A DNA stretch of 64,000 nucleotides, from NCBI GenBank assembly GCA_964635635.1, contig CAZWPE010000001.1, positions 107,774 through 171,773 of the forward strand, read 5' to 3'. The notes below the pieces were generated by a model. The model was given only the letters and a program-made list of their open reading frames with translations. It searched no databases and was not told the origin of the DNA. Within the stretch, counting starts at the first letter, position 1. Each line of letters starts with the position of its first letter. Origin of the DNA: an uncultured Myxococcaceae bacterium (GTDB taxonomy: Bacteria > Myxococcota > UBA727 > JABDBI01). Positions 1-6,425 of the stretch are shown here, piece after piece. The translations under genes were made by a program, and so were the position numbers.

Positions 1-22
1 TATCGTCAATACGGTGGATTGA

Positions 23-2053
23 TTGCGTTTAAACTTTGCGCTAAGTTTTCACGCCGTGAAAGACTCTCTCAATGAAAAAGCCTATCGATTGATGTTAACT
101 TCCCGCGAGCTGGATAAGAAAATGCTTATTCTGCTGCGCCAGGGTAAAAGCTTCTTTCATATTGGTTGCATGGGTCATGAAGCTGTTCAGGCAGCAGCTT
201 CCCTAAGCTTAGACCCTAAACGAGATTATTTATTTCCCTACTATCGCGATCAAACTTTTGTTTTGGGTATGGGGATGACACCTGAAGAATGTTTGTTGGG
301 ATTCTTGGGCCGTGAAGGGGACCCGAGCTCTAATGGTCGCCAAATGCCTCAGCACTATGGACACCCCAAACTGAATATTCCGAGTAGTTCGTCATCGACG
401 GGAACGCAGTTTTTGCAGGCTGTGGGTTGTGCGTTTGCTTCCATGCGACTGGATAAGCCTAAAGACTTGGCAGTAACGGTTGTTTGTTCGGGTGATGGCA
501 CGACCAGTCAGGGAGATTTTCATGAGGCTTTAAGTTGGGCCTCGCGTGAAAAAGCGCCAGTGATATTTTTGGTTGAGAACAATGGCTACGCAATTAGTGT
601 TCCGATTGCAGACCAGCGTCCTGGGGCGCAAATTGCCGATATGCATGGAGCGTACCCAGGCTTGAGCTTTATGCGGGTTGATGGTTGCGATTTCGAAGCC
701 AGCCATGTTGTATTTCAAAAAGCTGTGGCCCATGCACGTACAGGAAAGGGACCTGTTTTAATTGATGCGAGTGTTGTGCGCTTGTTGCCACACAGTTCAT
801 CGGATGATGATAAAAAATATCGCCCAGCCAAAGATTTAGAGGCTGAAAAAAAACGTGATCCCTTACTTGTAAACAAGCATCTTGTTTCTGCAAAGCGTTT
901 GAAAGCTTTAGAACAAGAAGTGTTTGAAGAAGTTGACGCTGCGGCGGATAGAGCGCTGGCAGCACCGGTGCCTAAGAGTGAAGATGCCTTGAGTTATGTT
1001 TATTCTCAGGCTTGTCCGAAGACCTCACCCTCGGTCCCTCTCCACCCAGTGGAGAGGGAAGGGGGGGCAGAGACCGTCCTCGTCGACGCCATCAACCGTG
1101 CACTGGCCGAAGAGCTTGAACGTGCTCCAAAAGTGCTCGTTTTTGGTCAAGATGTCGCTGGTGGTAAAGGTGGCGTATTTACGGCTACTAGGGGTCTTAC
1201 AAAGCAATTTGGCGAAGACAGGTGTTTTAATGCGCCGCTGGCTGAGTCGAGTATTGTTGGTGTGGCAATTGGAATGGCTTTGCGCGGCTTTAAACCAGTA
1301 CCAGAGATTCAATTTGGCGATTATATTTGGACTGCCATGATGCAGATTCGAAATGAACTGAGTGTCATGCGTTACCGCTCAAATAACGCCTGGAAAGCAC
1401 CTGTTGTAATTCGAGTTCCTGTTGGTGGTTATATCCACGGTGGTCTTTGTCACTCCCAAAATATTGAAGCCACATTTTCGCACTTTCCAGGTCTCAAGAT
1501 TGCCTATCCGTGTACGGCACTGGATGCTTATGGGCTGCTCAAAGAAGCCATTCGAGGCGATGACCCAGTTTTGTTTTTAGAACATAAGGGCCTGTACAGA
1601 CAAAACTTTGCCAAGAGTGTGTTGCCTGCTGGAACAGATTGGACCTTGCCATTTGGGGTTGCAGCAGTTCGCCGTGCTGGCAAGGACATGACCATTGTAA
1701 CTTATGGGGCACTGGTTCAACGTTCTATCGAAGTCGCGCGTGAACTTGAGGGTGAAGTTGATATTGAAGTGATCGACTTACGTACGATTAGACCGTATGA
1801 TTTTGATTCGGTCGCTGAAAGCGTCAAAAAGACAGGCCGGGTATTGGTTTTACACGAAGATACGCGCTTTATGGGTTTTGGGGCTGAGATAGCCGCTGAA
1901 ATTTCTGAGAAATGCTTCCAATATTTGGATGCCCCCGTTACTAGGCTGGCTGGAAAAGAATCACCCATCCCATATGCAGGCAACTTAGAAGAACAAGTCT
2001 TGCCTCAGGCTTCTTGGATTCAGGATTCAGTTAGAACTTTAATGGCTTATTAG
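23..2053 (+). CDS. Fused E1 alpha/beta subunit of a TPP-dependent 2-oxoacid (pyruvate/branched-chain) dehydrogenase; true start uncertain (TTG 23, GTG 56 or ATG 92)
   Basis: N-terminal half matches the E1 alpha TPP-binding region (YRLMLTSRELDKK, GDG..ENNGYAIS); C-terminal half matches E1 beta (VLVFGQDVAGGKGGVF, PLAESSIVGVAIGMA). An in-frame stop sits immediately upstream at 20-22. Confidence 0.85.
   Translation: MRLNFALSFHAVKDSLNEKAYRLMLTSRELDKKMLILLRQGKSFFHIGCMGHEAVQAAASLSLDPKRDYLFPYYRDQTFVLGMGMTPEECLLGFLGREGDPSSNGRQMPQHYGHPKLNIPSSSSSTGTQFLQAVGCAFASMRLDKPKDLAVTVVCSGDGTTSQGDFHEALSWASREKAPVIFLVENNGYAISVPIADQRPGAQIADMHGAYPGLSFMRVDGCDFEASHVVFQKAVAHARTGKGPVLIDASVVRLLPHSSSDDDKKYRPAKDLEAEKKRDPLLVNKHLVSAKRLKALEQEVFEEVDAAADRALAAPVPKSEDALSYVYSQACPKTSPSVPLHPVEREGGAETVLVDAINRALAEELERAPKVLVFGQDVAGGKGGVFTATRGLTKQFGEDRCFNAPLAESSIVGVAIGMALRGFKPVPEIQFGDYIWTAMMQIRNELSVMRYRSNNAWKAPVVIRVPVGGYIHGGLCHSQNIEATFSHFPGLKIAYPCTALDAYGLLKEAIRGDDPVLFLEHKGLYRQNFAKSVLPAGTDWTLPFGVAAVRRAGKDMTIVTYGALVQRSIEVARELEGEVDIEVIDLRTIRPYDFDSVAESVKKTGRVLVLHEDTRFMGFGAEIAAEISEKCFQYLDAPVTRLAGKESPIPYAGNLEEQVLPQASWIQDSVRTLMAY
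1029..1072. repeat. Family-1 palindromic element copy (CCCTCTCCAC-cca-GTGGAGAGGG + G-run), in-frame inside the E1 alpha/beta linker
   Basis: Perfect 10-bp inverted repeat; near-identical to the copy at 29407-29428. Confidence 0.7.
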
Positions 2054-2073
2054 GGCGTCTGTTCTTTTGTTCC

Positions 2074-2097
2074 TGCGCCCCTATCCAGGGGCTTTAT
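2074..2097 (+). terminator. Putative rho-independent terminator after the E1 gene
   Basis: Hairpin gcccct-atcc-aggggc followed by tttatt. Confidence 0.45.
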
Positions 2098-2235
2098 TCG
2101 AGGAGGAATCCTGTTAACCCACCCCAACGCAATGCGCTTTGCGCCTTGCTATGGGTGGGCTGTGGCACCTTCGCCCCAAAGGGGCTTTCGAAATCCCAGA
2201 AAAACAAAGATAATCTTGCCTGCGACTAACCTTCT

Positions 2236-3429
2236 ATGGCTCAGGAGCTTTCTTGGAAGGATTCGTTTGTTCGCGACTATTATTTAAAGAACCGTCTATC
2301 TTTGGCGTTTTATTCGAACTGCACCTTTGCTTTTGCAGATGAGGCGGGCTGCCCGGACGCTTGCTCGCGGGCGGCAAAGCTGATCGCTGCCGTTCGCCGT
2401 CAAAGACCGCCGGTGATTACGAGCCGAATTCCCAAACTGGGACGTGATGATTTGCGACAGTCCAAGGGAGATTGGATCGTGGTGGCTTGTTTGGGGCAGT
2501 TCTATCTTTTAAAGCAGGGCGCCACTGAAAATACATTGCGTGCTTTGGTTCATGATGCGCGTTGTTCTGCTCCAGAGCCTGAAGTTGGCTGGTTAACCCT
2601 GCTCCCCAGAGATGCTTTCGCTGAAGTTTACCCGCTGCTCGGCAAGAATGTAGAGCTTATTCAAAATGCAGTTATTCTTGTGGCTCTTGATTTAGATGCG
2701 GCTCCCAAAAATGATAACGAGTTTGCTCATGCTTTAGCCAATGGGGGTTTGGGTAACCGATGGTTTGATTTGTCGCTGCAATTGATTGTCACTGGCAACG
2801 GTAGAGCAGGGGGGAATACGGAACACACTGTTTATGATTCTTTGCCAGCTGGTACTTATGTGAATTCACTGATGAGTGATGTTCCTGCCGCTAGCGAAGA
2901 CCAAGGGTATGAAAAAATTCGTTGGCCCAATGACCTTAAAATTAGCCAGGCCATTGCTGAGGCGAAAAATTTTGCAGAGGCAGAAGTTTCTAAGCGCGAA
3001 ATACATTGCGTTCGAACCAGGGCGTTTGAACGAGATGTTGATGTTCAAATGGCGATCCAGTTGGCAGCAAAAGAAATATTCGGAGCACCACAGGTCACCA
3101 GTGAAGCTCTTAGTATGGCGCATATGCCAGAGGGACGTTATGCAACCATATTTTTTGAGTCACCTGAAGATTTGCAAAATCACCGGCAAAGAATCAAATC
3201 AGCCAAACTAGGCGAACCAATTCAAGTATTACCATGTGAAATCGTCACTTCAAACGCAGGGCACCATGAACACATTCCACTCATAGGCTTCACAGATACT
3301 GACCCAAATATTGTTGGAATCTCATATATTATGAAGCCAACCGAGACAGTATTTCACATTAAAGCAGATGGAGTTCACAAAGAAAAAGCCCGGAAGTATG
3401 CTTACTTTTTGAACCAGCTGTTGAGGTAG
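2236..3429 (+). CDS. Choline/carnitine O-acyltransferase family protein (short form lacking about 150 N-terminal residues relative to eukaryotic CrAT)
   Basis: NRWFDLSLQLIVTGNGRAGGNTEHTVYDS matches the catalytic-His block NRW[FY]DKSxQ..EH of carnitine acyltransferases. Downstream blocks (DVQMAIQLA, TSEALSMAHMPEGR, IVGISY) align with the CrAT C-terminal half. Confidence 0.7.
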   Translation: MAQELSWKDSFVRDYYLKNRLSLAFYSNCTFAFADEAGCPDACSRAAKLIAAVRRQRPPVITSRIPKLGRDDLRQSKGDWIVVACLGQFYLLKQGATENTLRALVHDARCSAPEPEVGWLTLLPRDAFAEVYPLLGKNVELIQNAVILVALDLDAAPKNDNEFAHALANGGLGNRWFDLSLQLIVTGNGRAGGNTEHTVYDSLPAGTYVNSLMSDVPAASEDQGYEKIRWPNDLKISQAIAEAKNFAEAEVSKREIHCVRTRAFERDVDVQMAIQLAAKEIFGAPQVTSEALSMAHMPEGRYATIFFESPEDLQNHRQRIKSAKLGEPIQVLPCEIVTSNAGHHEHIPLIGFTDTDPNIVGISYIMKPTETVFHIKADGVHKEKARKYAYFLNQLLR

Positions 3430-4808
3430 TTATACAGTTGTTTGGAACTGTCAAACAACCATGCAGCACCTGGCATTTCTTCTCTCTCTAGAGAAATCTC
3501 TCTTTCAATGTCTTCAAGTTTACTTTGAATTGTTGGATCATTTGGGTGGAATTTCATTAGTAGATTGCGTGCCATGTCGACAGTCTTCCGTGATTCAGCA
3601 TCTAAATCTAAAAAACTCAAAAGAGTTTCTTTGACTTTTTCATCTCTAAAGAAATTAGCGGCTTCATTGCGCACATACTCAGACCTATCCTCTAGGCATT
3701 GAGCAATGGCTTGATGAATCTTGGGATCTTGAGGCTTGATGGCGGCTAAAGCCTGGATGGCGGCTTCTCTTGCTCTCGGATATTCATTGCTCAGGCATTG
3801 AGCAATGGCCTGATGAATGCCGGGAGCTTGAGGTTTGATAAAGGCTAAAGCCCGAACGGCGGCTTGCCTTGCCTCACGATTTTCACGCTGCAGCAATTGA
3901 ACAAGGAATTGATGAATCTCTTGATCTTGAAGTTTGATAGAGGTTAAAGCGTCAACGGCGGCTTGCCTTACAAACCAATTTTCATCCTCCAGGCATTGAG
4001 CAATGGCTTGACGAATCTTGGGAACTTGAGGCTTGATGGCGGCTAAAGCCTGGAGGGCGGCTTGCCTTACCTCCGCATATGGATTCTCCAGGTGTTGAGC
4101 GATGGCTTGATGAATCTTGGGATCTTGAGGGTTGATGGCTTTTAAAGCCTGAACGGCAGCTTGCCTTACACTCCAATCTTTATCCCTCAGGGATTCAACG
4201 ATGACTTGATGAATCTTGGGATCTTGAGGCTTAATCGCTTCGAAGGCACTGATGGTAGCTATGCGTATGTGTGGATTGAGATCATTCAAATACCGAGCCA
4301 TGACTTCAAGGATATCTGAATCGATTGGTTTAACCTTAGCTAATGTTTCTAGAACGTCAACTATGTCTCCTCCTGAAGAACGTTCCGATTGCAATACTTC
4401 TTTAACGAGAGTTATGACAGCAGTTTCGTTACCCTTTTCAGCTGCAGAGCACAATTCAGCAACAGCGTTATTTGGATTTTTGTTGAATAAGCGCTGCCAA
4501 GTGGCTTCTGAGTAGTGCTGAATCCCCTCTTGGAATCCTTTGGAGGTTTTAGCTTGAGTCAAGAGACTTTTTGAAGAGTCACCTGAAAATGCAGCGATAC
4601 GTGCAGTAAAAGCAGGATTTTTAAACAATTCGTTTTTAGGAGCCGCGATGGCTTCTTTCTTGGTTTCAGGTACACGCAAAGGGCTCAAAGCTGCTTCATC
4701 TCTGCTCTGTCGATATTGGTCAGGTAGTTGCTTATACTCATCGCCCTTGCGGTTTTGTTGCTGTTGGTTTTCTTGAACAGAAATTTTTCCAGTAATACCT
4801 ATCTTCAT
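3402..4808 (-). CDS. HEAT/PBS-lyase-like repeat protein
   Basis: About 6-7 tandem 33-aa units (PQDPKIHQAIAQCLE..VRQAAVQALAAIK) typical of HEAT-like repeats. Confidence 0.8.
   Translation of the reverse strand: MKIGITGKISVQENQQQQNRKGDEYKQLPDQYRQSRDEAALSPLRVPETKKEAIAAPKNELFKNPAFTARIAAFSGDSSKSLLTQAKTSKGFQEGIQHYSEATWQRLFNKNPNNAVAELCSAAEKGNETAVITLVKEVLQSERSSGGDIVDVLETLAKVKPIDSDILEVMARYLNDLNPHIRIATISAFEAIKPQDPKIHQVIVESLRDKDWSVRQAAVQALKAINPQDPKIHQAIAQHLENPYAEVRQAALQALAAIKPQVPKIRQAIAQCLEDENWFVRQAAVDALTSIKLQDQEIHQFLVQLLQRENREARQAAVRALAFIKPQAPGIHQAIAQCLSNEYPRAREAAIQALAAIKPQDPKIHQAIAQCLEDRSEYVRNEAANFFRDEKVKETLLSFLDLDAESRKTVDMARNLLMKFHPNDPTIQSKLEDIEREISLEREEMPGAAWLFDSSKQLYNYLNSWFKK
3690..4290 (-). repeat. 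Tandem 99-bp DNA repeats (about 6 copies) encoding the HEAT-like units
   Basis: Recurring caggcattgagcaatggcttgatgaatcttgggatcttgaggcttgatggcggctaaagcc.. with a period of about 99 bp. Confidence 0.75.
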
Positions 4809-4915
4809 ACTCTTATTATAGGATCAATTTTATATAACCAGCAATTTTTATGGTAAATTATGATTGCGTATAAATTAAGTGCTTACAGCATGGTTCGATT
4901 GGATTAAACCTTTGT

Positions 4916-4978
4916 TGTCATCCCGGGCCCTAGCCCGGGATCCAGAGAAACACTGGATTCCAGCTTTCGCTGGAATGA
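4916..4978. repeat. Compound palindromic element / probable terminator: outer inverted repeat ttgtcatcc..ggaatgacaa enclosing three inner hairpins
   Basis: Inner hairpins are cccgggccctagcccggg, tccagagaaacactgga and ccagctttcgctgg. The element lies immediately 3' of the minus-strand ankyrin gene. Confidence 0.5.
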
Positions 4979-4995
4979 CAAAATTGGCTCAAAAT

Positions 4996-6192
4996 TTATG
5001 AGCTGCGCTGTAGAGTGCTTCCAATGATTACAACAGGGCTTCCTTGTAGGAATTCAGTAAAATCCAGAAGCTTTGGCTCTGCCAGGTGTTTGAACTCAAA
5101 AATACACGTTTCTTCTGTTCCGAACCAATTTTCCTGATTTACCAACATAAGTTTGTAGTGGTTTTTTAGATTGCGAACTTCAACACGAAAGTGTTTTTCT
5201 TGGTGGACGATTTGAGTACCTAACACTGTTTTTAGCTTGTGTAGATTGTAGGCCAAACTCTTGGCGAAAATTTTAACTTGATTTGGGCGTTTGGCTTTAT
5301 TGAGTACAGGCGCAAAAGACATGTAGGGGTATGCGCTCGAATCAAAGCACTGAGAAAGACCTTTATAGTGAAGTCCTGATTCAGTTTCGAGTGGGGGTAA
5401 AAATCGCTTGATAATCTGCTTTTGGCGGTCTGTGAATTTTTCAAAGAGGTTTAAAACTTTCATATCATTGATGTGGTCACTCTTCAAATTTTTACACCCT
5501 TCGAAGATTTTTTTCGCAGTCATGCCATGTTTGTCTTTAAGGCAGACTAGAGCGGGTGTGATGAATGGATGCGTGAGAAATGCTTCTACCTTCTCTGAAC
5601 TGCGAATAAGAGAGGCAAGATGAAGTGCACTTTGTCCTTCATGATTGATAGCGTCAAAAATAGAAGCTGTCATGTTTGGATGATGAAGTATTTTGATGAT
5701 TTGATTTGCCGAGGCATGCAGCATGTTACGGTGTAAGATAGTTTGCCCAAATGAATCTCGCTTGAGCCAGACGTCTTTTGAAAATCCAAGTTCGTCAAGT
5801 GTTTCAATGTCAGAGCGATCTGCAACGATGTCCATTGCGGTTTGATTATTGCTGTCTTGGATACCAACCACATCTCCTGTGGCAAAAGGATGCTCAATGA
5901 GTGTTTTAAATATGGTGAGAGTAGGCAAAGCTGCTGCATAGTGAAGAACCGTTCGGTTATTGGTGTCTTTTTGGGCAAATGTTTTGGAATCAAAATGCAT
6001 CGAATCTAAAATCCGCTCCACAGGTTCAAGACGTCCTTTTGAGACAGCGATATGCAGGGGAGTTTGAAATGCGTCGTTCAACTGCGTGATTTCGTTCTTG
6101 TCAAAAGTTTCTTCATGCAGTGGTTCTGGCTCGACAATACGCCAGAAGTTAGTGGTTCGGTATCCGCAGCTTGGGAGTGGCGCTTGAAGCAT
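4996..6192 (-). CDS. Ankyrin-repeat protein with a C-terminal domain of unknown function
   Basis: Repeated ankyrin signatures TPLHIAV, TVLHYAA, TILHRNM and SALHLAS. Confidence 0.8.
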   Translation of the reverse strand: MLQAPLPSCGYRTTNFWRIVEPEPLHEETFDKNEITQLNDAFQTPLHIAVSKGRLEPVERILDSMHFDSKTFAQKDTNNRTVLHYAAALPTLTIFKTLIEHPFATGDVVGIQDSNNQTAMDIVADRSDIETLDELGFSKDVWLKRDSFGQTILHRNMLHASANQIIKILHHPNMTASIFDAINHEGQSALHLASLIRSSEKVEAFLTHPFITPALVCLKDKHGMTAKKIFEGCKNLKSDHINDMKVLNLFEKFTDRQKQIIKRFLPPLETESGLHYKGLSQCFDSSAYPYMSFAPVLNKAKRPNQVKIFAKSLAYNLHKLKTVLGTQIVHQEKHFRVEVRNLKNHYKLMLVNQENWFGTEETCIFEFKHLAEPKLLDFTEFLQGSPVVIIGSTLQRSS

Positions 6193-6215
6193 AGCTGCTT
6201 GATTATACGGTTAAC

Positions 6216-6425
6216 TTGGCTAATATGGACGTCATGAGTACTTACCTGACTGAAACGAAACGGGTCGAGATGAAAAAACGAACAGCTTTTTTAGGTGTGA
6301 GCGGAATTGGCTTGCTTTTAAGCCTATTCTCAAGCGCTTTTCTGGGTATCCCAGTTTTAGCGCTTGGTGTTTATTTGGGTGTTAAGTGGTTTCAGTACAG
6401 AGCTCAAAACGGGATGCGATTTTAA
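6216..6425 (+). CDS. Small two-TM membrane protein (hypothetical), stop overlapping the putA start (TAATG)
   Basis: Two hydrophobic helices (FLGVSGIGLLLSLFSSAFLGIPVLALGVYLGV). Translational-coupling geometry with putA. No clear Shine-Dalgarno; start codon uncertain. Confidence 0.35.
   Translation: MANMDVMSTYLTETKRVEMKKRTAFLGVSGIGLLLSLFSSAFLGIPVLALGVYLGVKWFQYRAQNGMRF

Noticed and set aside
3690-4290. Regularly spaced direct repeats that might suggest a CRISPR array
   Set aside because: The period is 99 bp with no unique spacers. The repeats are in-frame coding units of a HEAT-repeat protein, so this is not CRISPR.
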